Shown here piece after piece: positions 39,640 through 54,204 of a DNA stretch of 64,000 bases (the stretch's first letter is position 1; each line of letters begins with the position of its first letter). The position numbers were made by a program, and so were the translations under genes. The notes beneath the pieces are model-generated. The model ran no database searches. It saw only the letters and a program-made list of their open reading frames with translations, and had not been told where the DNA came from. Source of the DNA: the human T2T-CHM13v2.0 reference genome, Homo sapiens; the NCBI RefSeq assembly GCF_009914755.1, contig NC_060928.1; one strand, 5' to 3'.

Positions 39640-40520
39640 AGTGAAAAATGTCATATAATGGAAAGAAGTCTATCGGTGCTCCAAGCCCCTCTTCTGGGGC
39701 AACTATTGTTACCATTTTATTGTCTATTCTTCAGATAGTCCCCTCACATTGAAATATGTAGGTATCTGTGTTTCAACTCTCTCCTTGTACACAATTCTAC
39801 CATTCTATATACTGTTCTGTATCTTGCTTTAAAATATGTATTTTGGATACTGTTTCATATTTGTACAATGAATACTCAATTCTTTTAACAGCTAAATAGA
39901 ATTCTACTTTATGGATAAATCTTAATTGATTTTATCAGTCCTCAATTGACAGAATTTTTGGCTGTTTTAATCTATTGCATAAAATAGCAATGATGCATTG
40001 AATATTCTTGCATGTGTTCAAGTATATCTATAGAGCTGACGAGGAGTAGAATAGCTGGGTCAAAGGGTGCTTTTACATTTTTGATATTATCAAAGTGCCC
40101 TTCGGAGACTGTACCATTTTACAGTCTAACCAACAATGTGTGAAGAGGTCTTTCATTCCTCTTACTCTAACCAATAATGTATAATAAAACTTACAGATCT
40201 TTGAAAATCTGATGTTAAAAAGTGGCATACCATTGTTTTAATTTGCATTTCTCTTATGAATAAGGTTAAGCATATTTTAATGTTTTAGAAGCCATTTGTG
40301 TTCCCTTTTTATGTGTTCTTTGCCAATTAGTATAATGTTTTTCTTGTGTTATGAAAATCCTTTGTTCTATAGTGATTTGTGATCCCACTCTCCTCCCACC
40401 CTATCCAGTTTATTAGTTTATATCTCTTATGGTGGTTTTCTCAGGAATACATTCTAAATGCTATGTCATCAGATTTATCACTCTTATGTCATGGCTTCTC
40501 TGTTTCATAAAATGATTAGA
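39640..40520 (-). mobile_element. Ancient L1ME-like 3' fragment
   Basis: Degenerate antisense L1 motifs (cattgttttaatttgcatttctc, agaatagctgggtcaaaggg). Confidence 0.55.
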
Positions 40521-43500
40521 AAGCTGAAAGCAGCAGCAGTTAAGTCATCTGAGAAAGTGACTTTATATATCTATATCCTGGATTCTAATGAAAGCTCAGC
40601 AATAGTATGTATACAGTGGTACTCTTGAGAGTAGAGTTGGGGGGAAAAATGTAAAGACCTGGGCTCAATTTCTGACAATAATCACAATAATAATGACCCT
40701 GGACAAGTAACCTTAACCTCTTGCCTCATTTTCTTCATAAGAAAAAAAAAAGGCACTTTCGCTGCTTATCTTACAGAGTTGTTGTGACAATTTAATGAGA
40801 GCCAATTAGCATGCTTTAAAAACCATATGGAGCTCTATACAAATACAAAGCCTTAGTTTTGCCGCATGTTTTGGTGAAAAGAGAAAGAAGTGGGAGGAGA
40901 AGTGCTTATCATAAGTAAGGCCTCTTCTCTATCAAACTAGGAAACTAATGCAGGTGAGGGTTGAACAAGGGCAAGAGGAATCTGAAATGGTTACGTAGGC
41001 ATCTAAGCCTATTTTCAATACTTTGGTAATCCCATGGACCCCAAGATAGAGTCCATCTCCACCATCTGAATGGAAGTTTACAGAGTATGTGCATTTGCAA
41101 AGTGTGAAAGATGGAAATCTTTTGGGAGTCATAGAAATCCAAATAATTATTTGTGATTTAAATTAATGATTATTGATAAGTCTAATCTTCACAAAAGTAA
41201 AATTGTATCTAGCTCTAATAATTTAAACTTGCATTACTGGAGATATGCAATGTTCATTTCTGTCATAGGGACAATAAACTTGAATGTTACCTAGACGACT
41301 CTTACAGGAATCAAATTTTGGTGCAACCAAGACAGGTCTGAAAATATCACTTACAGAACAGTAGCTACGTACCAGGCAGTGTGCTAAAAGCTTGATTTTT
41401 TTTTTTTTTTTTTTTTTAACAATACAACATTCAGTCCTAACAACTATTCACTGAAGCTCACAGAAGTAAAATGACTTACCCAAGCCACATAACTAGTAAA
41501 TGGAAGTCTCCAGGGCCTATGATCTATCACCTTGTACTGCATACTAACTCTTGGATTGTTCTAATTCTGTCATGATTCTCCATGTTAATACCCATTTTTC
41601 TATTCTTCAGAAGGCTTAACATGTGAGATTAGTGGACAAGTGTATGGTTTATAGGTTTCAAACAGAAAGATATGCCTAAGGCTATAGTTGTAACCCCATC
41701 CAGGAGAGTTAAATATTTAATGCATGAAGTTTCCTCATGGCATTAACTAAATAAGTAGCAGCTACTCATATCCTTCAATTCCTGAAAGAGGAGAATAATG
41801 TTCGGGCATAGACTGACATGTTTTTGAGAGCTAACAGAGTATTCTTTAGGTCAAGAGTTTCAGGGAACACCAAGTTCATCTTTTCAAAGGGAGAAGTCAG
41901 CTGTATCACAGATAAACTGGGCTCTGGTACAGGATTTGGACTTGGAATAGTTAATGTACTTGACACTGTCAAATCTGAACTCATCTATTTAACTCCAAAT
42001 TCTGGATGACAGCTTACTTTCTTCTGGAATGGTGTCTTCTAAATATTACTAGAGTAAAAATTTACTGACTAGCTATTACAGCTCAGCTCTGTCCTGCAAA
42101 TTGATGTCTCCACAAATCTATCCAAATATCACGATAGGTTTGTTAAGTGCACGAACCTAGATGAGAGAACCTTCATGAAGGTCACTTATCCTTTCTTCTA
42201 ACCCTCAAGCAGTACTTACTTAACATATTAGGAGTATTTAAAAAAAGTGATGGTATCTATCTTTCAGGGGTTTGCGGCTTGGTAAGGAGGCAGAGTGAGA
42301 AAGTATTCATAAATTACCAGAATAAAACAGCAGCATGCAATAAATATAAAGGAGTAACTAAGGACTAAGGGATTACAGAGAAGGGAAAGATTAATCCCAG
42401 CAGAGCAGGGAGACAAGGGGAAGAAATATTTGATAACGGTCTTTAGGGATAAGGATGTTGGTAAGCTGGGGCAGAAGGAAGATTTGTAGAGCTCGAGTTC
42501 TGATCCTGAGTCCAATCACTGGCCAGCTAAATGCACATTTCTTAATCTTTCTAAGCTTCAGTGAAGATAATGAAAGTCACTACCTTTTATGGGTAATGGG
42601 ATTGTTAAAAGAATTTATGTAAAGCACTTGGCACAGAGAATAGAATGCACATAAAATGCCTGGCATTTTGACTGGACACATAATAAGGACACAATAAATG
42701 TGAGTTAATGTTAGTACTATTAGCAAAACATAAGACAATCAAAGATATCCGTGTTTTCACTGGGGATAAAATATGGCAAATATGTGTATGATTTGTTTCT
42801 GCATTGAACCATATTAGGTTATTCCTGTAATTCTCATAATCAGATATAAAGATTAAATTTGTGTAGACAGATAATACAATCGTTTAATTTTGAGTCCCTG
42901 GGCTTAAGGGAGATCAAAATATCTAGCCAGGTAAACACAGTTTCTAAGGGTGACCATGAGGTCTAAAATTTGAATAAATCCTTTCTTTTGGTTGGTAAAC
43001 AGGTAAGTTTAGACTGCAATTGCTTTTTTAAAAAAAAACAAAAACAAAAAACTTAGTTTTTCTCAAAATTTTCCTTTGGTAGGATACTGATGAATTTAAA
43101 GGCTTTGGTAGATTAAGTAGAAGATTTTATAGACTTTTTCTCTACTTGCTTGTGATTACTGTATTTGGAGTAGAAGAACATGATGGTTAAGAACCAGACT
43201 CTGAAGACCAACAGTCTTGGGTTATAATCTTAGATTTGCAATTTGATACAGCCAATTTTAGGAAAATTATTTATATTAACTTTGTTTTGAATATAAAGGT
43301 GACACAAAGATTGGCACTCTGGTGCATAGTGTGTGCTTAATAACTAGTAAGTATTATGACCATTAGAGCAAACTATGGCAGTCAAGAATTCACAAGAAAA
43401 CATTTAGAATAAAAAAAACAGTTTTCTCCTTAGAAATGGGAGAGCCACCTGAATTTTTAATAGAATGGAAATGAAGGAAATTATAGTCGGATTAAGGGCA

Positions 43501-44570
43501 GAGAACCAACAATCTTCAGAAATTAATGAACACTGCACTGTTATGCAACTTAGAAATGACCCTTGGCCATGTAAGAACAAAAAAAGACTCCCTGAATTTC
43601 TATAATAAGGTATTCAAATACCCAAGAAATATATAAATATGATTCAGCTACATTTATAAAAAGAATAAAAATAGGAAATTTTAGTAATGTGAAATTAAAA
43701 ACAATTAACAAGTTGTTGATCTAAAACACTGCCAACCAACTGTAAAAGACTGCAAAAACTGACATGGTTTATAACGTTCCGAAACCCTGTTTGCATCTAT
43801 CTGCCTTCTCAAGAACTTATCAATGATCATAATCCTTTTTTTGATATACTATCAATATCAAATTGATTGCATTAATAGTCCCAACTCTTTACTCATCCTT
43901 AAATTTACTTTCTTTGCCCTATAATTTTGCAGTGTCTTCCCATTCTGCCTTACCCACGTGATTTGCTCTGGCCAACAGGATCTTAGCAAATATGATGGAA
44001 GCTGAAGCTTGAGAAAAATTGCTTGGGCAAACCTGCTGAGTTAGTGTGAGGGACACATGGAGCAGAGATAAATGTCCCACCTGTCAGTCAGCTAACACCA
44101 GGACATATGAGGGAGCCCAGCCAAGATCAGAAGAACATCCTAGCCTATCTGCCAACCACAGACTCATGAATGAAATAAAAACTGCTCATTTATTTAAGCT
44201 AATAAATGTTGGGGTAGTTTGTAATATAGCATTATTGTGGCAATAAATAAACCACCTCTTCTCAATTGGATCCTCACCATGATGCTTAAAAAAGTACAAG
44301 GTCTCTCATTCTTTAAAAAATAAGACTTTACTCAATCTTTCGTTTTCCTCAAGATAACAGTTTTATAACTAGATTACTTTAAGCAGTTATCTTATACTTG
44401 CTATCACGATTTCCTTAGCTCCTCATTCCTTAAACGATTCCAGTATGGCTTCTAGTGCTTTTACTCCATTAAAATAGCACTTAGTAAAGCCATGAATGAC
44501 ACATTGATAATTCCAATGAATTTTAGTTTTTGCCCCCTTGGCAGCATTCAATATTGCTGACCATTTCTTC

Positions 44571-44923
44571 TGCTATGGACTTGAGTTTCTCCTAAATTCA
44601 TATGTCGAAGCTCTAACCCTGAAGGTGACTGTATTTGGGGATAGGACCTTTAGGAGGTAATTAAGGTCGTAAGAGTGAAGCTCTAATCTGATGACGCTGG
44701 TGTTCCTGTAAGAGGAGGAAGGGGTACCAGAGGGTCCTCTCTGCCATGTGAGGACACAGCAAGAAGGTGGCTATCTGCAAGCTATCTATCAGCTTGCAAA
44801 CCAAACCTGCTGGACCTTGATCTTGGACCTTCCAGCCTCCAAAACTTTGAGAAAATAATTTTCTGTGGTTTAAGCCATGCCATCTATGTTATTTTGTTGT
44901 GGTAGCCCAAGGAGACTAAAGCA
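44571..44923 (+). mobile_element. MLT1A-like solo LTR (MaLR)
   Basis: tgctatggac ... gtgactgtatttgggga ... ccatgtgaggacacagcaagaagg ... gactaaagca. Confidence 0.75.
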
Positions 44924-45862
44924 CCCTCTTTCATGAAACTAATTTCTTTTGGCTTTTGAGACAAAACACACTTTCCTTTTGCCTCTTCCATCCCAAGTCA
45001 TCCTACTTTACTTGGATAATAAAAGTTCGAATTTCTCAAGGATGAGTCCTAGTCTTTCTTTTCTCCTTTATTCTACACAGTCTCTTTGGGGGTCCTCATC
45101 CCTACTCACAGTTTCAGTCATCAATGATAGCCTAGATGTCTCAACTCCATTCATAGGTTATGCATTACTTATTCAGAAAGGATTTCCCAGACAACTCAAC
45201 CTAAAGTAGCTCCCCCTAGAAACTCCTTTCTATCATCCAATTTCATTAACACAATTTATCACTGCTTTGTTTTCTATGTTTGTTTTTCTCTCTTACTAAA
45301 ATACAGACTGGTGAGAATAGAGATCCTCGTTGTTCTTGTTCAGCATTTTATCTGCAGTACTCGGCACATAGAAACTGGACAAATATTTGCTGAAAGAAAA
45401 AATATGATTTCTGCTTCTGGCCATGATGAAGTAACAGGGTAGCAGGGACCAGATACGTGGCTTACTGCCTGGAGAGTTTTCAGGCTGCATGATACGGAGA
45501 GAACCCCAACAGAGCTTGGAAATATTCCTGAGTTGGGGAGACAGTGACTGGAGTTCACGAAGTCCCAGGTGACTAGAATCTGTGGGTTAGAGTATAGGAG
45601 AGACATGGGGGTGGGGGGAGAAAGGAGAGAGAAGGAGACAGACAGATCTGCAGAGGATTTTCCTTGGGTTAAAGATAAATACTGATCAGTGGATAAGTAT
45701 TTCCCAAGTCTGTGAAAAGAATCAATGAAAAGAACCAGGTAATAATTTTCTGGAGGCTATATATAGCTGGATATAATTGACCTTCTGACACATGGAGCAT
45801 TTGGTAAAGTCCGCAGGTGGGTACTGGATTGCCTCTATAGTGAGGTCAACTTAGCCCTACCA

Positions 45863-46141
45863 CAGGGCTTCTTAACATCAGCTTCACTAACATTTGGGAC
45901 CAGATAATTGTTTTGGGGGGCTGTGCTAGACACTGTAGAATTTTTAGTAGCATCCCTACATTTGGGACCAGATAATTCTTTGTTTTGGGGGGCTGTGCTA
46001 GACATTGTAGAATTTTTAGTAGAATCCCTAGACTTTATCCACTAGATGCCAATAGCACCTTCTAAATGTAAGAGCACAAAATGTCTCTGTATATGCCCAA
46101 ATATCCTCTGAGACAAAATCATCCCTGGTTGTAAACTACTG
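45863..46141 (+). mobile_element. MER20 with internal ~70 bp tandem duplication
   Basis: catttgggaccagataatt...ggggggctgt...tgtagaatttttagtag twice; cactagatgccaatagcac. Confidence 0.75.
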
Positions 46142-46787
46142 TCTGAGATTAAAGGGTGTTCTGGCTCTGGCCAACAATGCTTAAGACATGAAAGAATCAA
46201 GATATTTCTCAATAAGTTAACAGTGTCCCAGAACAGAGCCCAAGAACATTTAACATTGCAAAAATCCCAGCTCACAATAATATAAAATTCACAATGTCTG
46301 GCATCCCACTGAAAATTACCATGCATGCATGCATGCAAAAAACATATATGATCCATAATAAGGGGAAAAGTCATTAAAGAAATAGATAAATAAATAACAC
46401 AGATTGTGAAATTGGTACATGAGGATGTTAATGGAGATATTTTAAATACACTTCATAAGTTCAAGAAGTTGAAGAAAGCATGAGCACGACGTGGACAAAT
46501 ATGGTAGATATAAAGAATACTGAATTTGAACTTCCAGAGTTGACATACCACTTACGAAATAAAAAATATCCTAGATGGTATTAATAGCAGATTAAACAAT
46601 GCCAAAGAAATGATTAGTGAACTTAAAAACACAGAAATAGTAATATGCAGAATTAAAATAAGGAGAGGAAAAAAAAAAACTAAACAAAAGTGAATCGCGT
46701 ATCAGTGACCTGTGGGATAAATACATGTGATTTATATTCCAGAAGGAGAGGAGAGAGGAGAGGGACAGAAATACATTTAAAGAAATT

Positions 46788-47102
<315 letters not shown>

Positions 47103-47357
47103 GCTAAAAAATGTCTAAATGTGATTAAAAATATAAACTGACATATTCAAAGAGTTCAACAAACTCCAAGCAGAGAAAACATAAAGGCAACCATGCCAAG
47201 CCCTTTCATAATCAAACTGTTGATAACCAGTGATAAAGAGAAAATCTTAAAAGCATCTGGTGGAAAAAAGAACATACAGAGGAGCAAATATAAGAATGCC
47301 ATACCCATCTTCTGAAACAATACAAGCAAGAAGCAAGTAGAACAATATCTGTAAAGT

Positions 47358-47716
47358 ACAGTCTCTGGCTTAGGATGATTTAACTTAGAGTTTTTCAACT
47401 TTACAGTGGTGTGAAAGTGATAGGCATTTAGCAGAAACCATGCTTTGAGTACCCATACAACCATTTTGTTTTTCAATGTCAGTATTCCGTAAGTTACATG
47501 AGATAGTCAACATTTTATTGTAAAATAGGCTTTGTGTTTAACGGTTTTGCCTAGCTGTAGGGTAATGTAAATGTTCTGAGAATATTTAGGGTAGGTGAGG
47601 CTAGGCTACGATGTTAGATAGGTTAAGTGTATTAAATGAACTTTTGACTTACAGTATTTTCAACTTACAAGGGTTTATTGGGAAGCAGCCCCATCATAAG
47701 TTGAGGAGCATCAGTA
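47358..47716 (-). mobile_element. MER47A-like Tigger MITE
   Basis: TA-flanked; taagttgaggagcatcagta end; ctaggctacgatgttagataggttaagtgtattaaatg. Confidence 0.7.
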
Positions 47717-48007
47717 CTAAGAGAAAAATATGGTCAAATCTGATATCCATATTCAGGAAAAATATATTTTTAAAAATGTGATATACAGACTTTTATAGAC
47801 ATACAAAGGCAGAGTGAATTAATCAACAGCAGACGTGCACTACAAGAAATGCTAAAGGAGTTCATTCAGGTAGAAGGAAAGATATGGGATAGAAATCTGG
47901 ATCTGTCCACAAGAATGAGGAGCACTAGAAATGATAAATTCATGGGGAAAATACTTATTTTCCTATTTTAAAAATCTCTGAATGATAACTGTGTAAAGAA
48001 AAAATAG

Positions 48008-48169
<162 letters not shown>

Positions 48170-48567
48170 TGAGAACCAAATCAAGAAAGCAATCCCATTC
48201 ACAATAGCCACAAAAGAATAAAATTTGTAGGAATTTATTCTTCATTCTTAGGTATGGCTAACCGGAGAGGTGAAAGTTCTCTACAAGGAGAATTACAAAA
48301 CACTGTTCAAAGACATCAGAGATGACACAAACAAATGGGAAAACATTCCATGATTATGGGTAAGAAAAATCAATATTGGGATAGGAAAAATCAATATTGG
48401 GCCATATTGCCAAAAGAATTTTAGAGATTCAATGCTATTCCTATCAGACTGCCAATGACATTCATATGGAACCAACAAAGAACGTGAATAGCCAAGGCAA
48501 TCCTAAATAAAAAGAACAAAGCTGGAGGCATCACATTACCTGACTTCGAACTATACTACGAGGCTAC

Positions 48568-50827
48568 TGTATTAGTCCATTTTCACACTGTTGATAGAGA
48601 CATACCCGAGACTGGGCAATTTACAAAGGAAAGAGGCTTAATGGAGAACCTACAGTTTCACATGGCTGGGGAAGCCTCACAATCATGGTGAAAGGTGAAA
48701 GGCATGTCTCACATGGTGGCAGACAAGAGAGCTTGTGCTGGAAAACTTCCCCTTATAATAACCATCAGATTTTGTGAGACTTACTATCACAAGAAGAGCA
48801 TGTGAAAGACCTGCCCCCATGATTCAATTACCTCCCACCAGGTCCCTCCCACAACACATGGGAATTCAAGATAAGATTTGAATGGGGACACAGCTAAACC
48901 ATATCATTTTGCTCCTGGTCCCTCCCAAATCTCATATCCTCACATTTCAAAACCAATCATGCCTTCCCAACAGTCCCCCACAGTCTTATTTCAGCATTAA
49001 TTCAAAAGTCCACAGTCCAAAGTCTCATCTGAGACAAGGCAAGTCACTTCTGCCTATGAGCCTGTAAAATCAAAAGCAAGTTAGTTACTTCCTAGATACA
49101 ATGAGGGTAGAGGCATTGAGTAAATACAGCCATTCCAAATTGGAGACATTGGCCAAAACACAGGGGCTAAAGGCCCCATGCAATTCCAAAATCCAGCAGG
49201 GCAGTCAAATAAAGCTCTAAGATGATCTCCTTTGACTCCATGTCTCACATCCAGGTCACGTTGATATAATAGGTGGGTTATCATGGTCTTGGGCAGCTCC
49301 ACCCCTGTAGCTTTGCAGGGTATAGCCCCCCTACCCTGGCTGCTTTCATGGGATGGCTTTGAGTGTCTGAGGCTTTTCCAGGTGTATGGTGCAAGCTTTT
49401 GGTGGATCTACCATTCTGGGGTCTGGAGGACGATGGCCCTCTTCTCACAGTTCCGCTAGGCAGTGCCCCAGTAGGGACTCTGTGTGGGGGCTGTGACTCC
49501 ACATTTCCCTTCTGCACTGCCCTAGCAGAGGTTCTCCATGAGGGCCCTGCCCCTGCAGCAATCTTTTGCCTGGGCATCCAGGCGTTTCCACACATCTTCT
49601 GAAATCTAGGCAGAGGTTCCCAATCCTCAATTCTTGACTTCTGTGCACCCACAGGCTCAACAGCATGTGGAAGCCGCCAAGGCACTGGGGCTTCCACCCT
49701 CTGAATCAACAGCCTGAGTGAGCCGTACCTCGGCCCCTTTTAGTCACAGCTGGAGTGGCTGGGACACAGGGCACCAGGTCCCTAGACTGCACACAGCACG
49801 GGGACCCTGGGCCTGGCTCATGAAATCACTTTCTCCTAGGCCTCTGGGCCTGTGATGGGAGGGGCTGCTGTGAAGACCTCTACCATGCCTTTGAGACATT
49901 TTCCCTGTTGGCTTGGAGATTAACGTGTGGCTCCTCATTAGTTATGCAAATTTCTGTAGCCAGCTTGAATTTCTCCTCAGAAAATGGGTCTTTCTTTTCT
50001 ATCAAATTGTCAGGCTGCAAATTTTCCGAACTTTTATGCTCTGCTTCCTTTATAAAACTAAATGCCTTTAACAGCACCCAAGTTTCCTCTTGAATGCTTT
50101 GCTGCTTAGAAATTTCTTCCGCCATATACCCTAAATCATCTTTCTCAAGTTCAAAGTTCCATAAATCTCTAGGGCAGGGGCAAAATGTTGCCAGTCTCTT
50201 TGCTAAACATAACAAGAGTCACCTTTGCTCCAGTTTCCAACAAGTTCCTCATCTCCATCTGAGACCACCTCAGCCTTGACCTTATTGTCCCTATTGCTAT
50301 CAGGCTTTTGGTCAAAGCCATTCAACAAGTCTCTAGGAAGTTCCAGACTTTCCCACATTTTTCTGTCTTCTTCTGAGTGCTCCAAACTGTTCCAACCTCT
50401 GCCTGTTACCCAGTTCCAAGGTTGCTTCCAGATTTTCAGGTATCTTTTCAGCAGCACCCCACTCTTGGTACCAATTTACTGTATTATTCCATTTTCATGC
50501 TGCTGGTAAAGACATACCTGAGACTGGGCAATTTACAAAGGAAAGAAGCTTAATGGAGAACCCACAGTTTCACATTGCTGGGGAAGCCTCACAATCATGG
50601 CAAAAGGTGAAAGGCACATCTCACATATTGGCAGACAAGAGAAGAGAGCTTGTGCAGGAAAACTTCCCCTTATAATAACCATCAGATTTTGTAAGACTTA
50701 CTCACTATCACAAGAAGAGCATGTGAAAGACCTGCTCCCATGATTCAGTTACCTCCCACCAGGTCCCTCCCACAACACGTGGGAATTCAAGATGAAATTT
50801 GAGTGGGGACAAAGCCAAACCATATCA
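48568..50827 (-). mobile_element. Full-length THE1 (THE1B-like) MaLR element: LTR 48568-48906, internal region, LTR 50480-50827
   Basis: Two ~340 bp LTRs with TG...CA ends, ~1.57 kb internal region with MaLR ORF remnants, perfect 5-bp TSD GCTAC. Confidence 0.93.
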
Positions 50828-51323
50828 GCTACAGTAACCAAAACAGCATGGTACTAGTACAAAAGCAGACACATAGACCAATGGAACAGAAAAGAAGGCT
50901 GAGAAATAAAGCTGCACATCTACAACCATCTGATCCTTGACAAAGCTGACAAAAACAAGCAATAGAAAAAGAAGTCCCTATTCAGTATATGGTGCTGGGA
51001 TAACTGGCTAGCCATATACAGAAGATTGAAACTGCGCTCCTTCCTTACACCATATACAAAAATCAACTCAAGATGGATTAAGGACTTCAATGTAAAACCT
51101 CAAAGTATAAAAACCCTGGAGGATAACCAATGAAATACCATTCTAGACACAGGCCCTGGCAAAGATGTCATGATGAAGATGCCAAAAGCAATTGCAACAA
51201 AACCAAAAATTGACACATAGGACCTAATTAAACTAAATTATCAATAGAGTAAACAGACAACTGACAGAATGGGAGAATATTTGCCAACCATGCATCTGGC
51301 AAAGGTCTAATATCCAGAGTTTA

Positions 51324-51740
<417 letters not shown>

Positions 51741-52577
51741 TCAATATCACTAATCATTAGAGAAATGCAAATCAGAACCACAATGAGATACCATTTCTTA
51801 TTAGTCAGAATGGCTATTATTAAAAAGCCAAAAAAATAACAGATGCTGGCAAGGTTGTGGAGAAAAGGGAATGCTTATACACTGCTGGTGGGAATGTAAA
51901 TTAGTTCAGCCATTTTGGAAAGCAATGTGGTGATTTATCAAAGAGCTAAAAATAGAACTACCATTTGATCCAGCAATCCCATTACTGGGTATATACTCAA
52001 AGAAATATAAATGATTCTACCAGAAAAGACACATGCACATGTACATTTATCACAGCATTATTCATAATAGCAAAGACATGGACTCAACCTAAATCCCATC
52101 AATGGTAGAATAGGTAAAGAAAATATGGTACATATAGACAACGGAATACTATGCAGCCATAAAAAGCAATGCGATCATGTCCTCTGCAGCAACATGGATG
52201 GAGCTGGAGCCCATAATCCTAAGCAAACTAATGCAGGAATGGAAAACAAAACATTTATAAGCATTCTCACTTGTAAGTGGAAGTTAAATACTGAGTACAC
52301 ATCGACCAAAGAAGAGAACAACAGAAAGCAGGGCCTACTTGAGGGCAGAGGGTGGGAGGAGGGAGAGGACTGAAAAACTACCTATTGGGTAGTATGCTTA
52401 TTACCTGGGTGATGAAATAATCTATACAACAAATCCCCGTGCCATGCTGCATATGTACCCCTGAACCAAAAATAAAGACAAAAAAAAATTTTTGGCTACC
52501 CATGAAGTACTATATTATTATTTGAAGGTAGAACCCTGATAAGTTAATGATGTATACTATAAACCCTATAGAAGCCA

Positions 52578-52846
52578 CTTTTTTTTTAAAACAGTGTCTC
52601 ATTCTGTTGCCCAGCCTGGAGTACCATGGAATGATCTTGGCTCACTGCAACCTCCACCTCCCAGACTCAAGTGATCCTCCTGCCCCAGCCTCCCCAGTAG
52701 CTGGGGCCACAGGCACGTGCCACTACATCTGGCTGATTTTTGTAGAGACAGAGTTTCACCATGTTGCCCAGGCTGGTCTTGAACTCCAGGGCTCAAGTGA
52801 CCTTCCACAGTGGTGGGATTACAGGCATGAGCCACCTCACCTGGCC
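52578..52846 (-). mobile_element. AluJ
   Basis: Antisense Alu; TSD-like ccacttttt. Confidence 0.88.
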
Positions 52847-52849
52847 AGC

Positions 52850-53990
52850 AACCACTTTTTAAAAAGCAAATCAGGAGATTAAAAAAATAATAAAACACAC
52901 TGTATTGATCCAAAAGAAGGCTGGAAAAGAGAAAAAAGGGTGGAACAAATAGTAGGTGGGACAAATAGAAAGATGGCTGATTTAAACCCAACCATGTTAA
53001 TGGTGACATTAAATGTAAGTGGTCTACTGAAAAGGCAGAGATTGTCGCACTGGATACAAAGGCAAGCCTCAATTCTGTGTTGTTTAATAAAAGAGATCAT
53101 CTTTAAACATGAAGACATAAATAGGTTAAAAATAAAAGTATTGTGAAAAGATACACTATGATAACAGTAGTGAAAAGCAAGCTGGAACAACTCTAGTAGT
53201 TATCAGATAAATTAGATTTCAGAGTAAGGAACATTTCCAGGATTAAAGAGGAGGTTAATTTCATAACGATAAAAAAGCCAATTAATAAAAAGTACCTAAC
53301 AATTCTAAATGCATATGCAACTATTTACAAAGCTTCAAAATACGTGAAGCAAAACCTAACAGATCTGAAAGGATAAAAAGGAAAATACACAATCATAGTC
53401 ACGGATTTTGATATCCCCCTTTCAAAAATAGAACAAGTAGACTGAAATTCACCAAGATGGAAAAATCTTGAACAGCACTAGCAACCATCTTGCTTAACTG
53501 ACATTTATAGAACACTTCACTCAACGGCAGTAGAATATACATTATTTTCAAGAACACACAGAACATTTACTTAGATTTGCATAGATTCTCGGCCATATAA
53601 AACATCACAAAAAATTCAAAAAGACTGAAATCACAAACAGTATATTAGAATTAAATTAGAAATCAGTACCAGAAATATATCTGAAAAATCCCTAAATATT
53701 TGGAAACTAAACAACACATCTCTAGGCAGGGTCTTGCCATGTTGCCCAGGCTGGTCTTGGATTCCTGGGCTCAAGTAATCTTCCTGCCTCAGCCTCCCAA
53801 AGTGTTGGAATTACAGGCGTGAGTACTGCGCCCAGCCAACATGTCTCTAAATAATCCATGGGCTAAAGAAAAAATCACAAGAGAAATTAGAAAATATTTT
53901 GAATTTAATTAAAATGAAAACACAGCAGAGCAAAATTTGTGATATAGCTGAAGAAGTGTTTAAAGGGAAACTTATAACATTATGTTCATA
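52850..53990 (+). mobile_element. Old L1M ORF2 5' (endonuclease) region
   Basis: acattaaatgtaagtggtcta...aaaaggcagagattgtc...gacatttatagaacact. Confidence 0.7.
53725..53837 (-). mobile_element. Tail-less Alu left monomer (FLAM/AluJ-like)
   Basis: 113 bp monomer without poly(A); flanks aacacatctcta / aacatgtctcta. Confidence 0.8.
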
Positions 53991-54038
53991 TTAGTAAATA
54001 ATCTTCCTTCTACCACTATAACACTTACACTCTATTAC

Positions 54039-54204
54039 CAGTGGTTCTCAAAGTGTACTTCCAGGTCCAGAAGCATAAGCATAAGTATCACTTGGGCCCC
54101 ACCCCATACTCAATCAAACTCTGTAGGTGGATCCGCACAATCATTTTAACAAGACTTGCTGGTGATTCTGATGCACACTAAAGTTTGTGAATCACAATGG
54201 TCTA
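54039..54204. mobile_element. MER5A-like MITE
   Basis: cagtggttctcaaagtgt ... ggtgattctgatgcacactaaagtttgtgaatcac. Confidence 0.75.

Noticed and set aside
41775-42040. Overlapping 63-69 aa ORFs and a possible 21-nt minus-strand exon (tttag...AAA|gtaagc)
   Set aside because: No recognisable homology and a weak acceptor tract; not supportable without conservation data.
49081-50509. Cluster of overlapping ORFs on both strands
   Set aside because: All lie in the THE1 internal region and are fragmented MaLR ORF remnants or their antisense.
53725-53837. This Alu monomer as the missing left arm of the Alu cut at 36889
   Set aside because: The breakpoints are complementary, but the monomer has its own TSD inside continuous L1M sequence 17 kb away, so it is an independent insertion.
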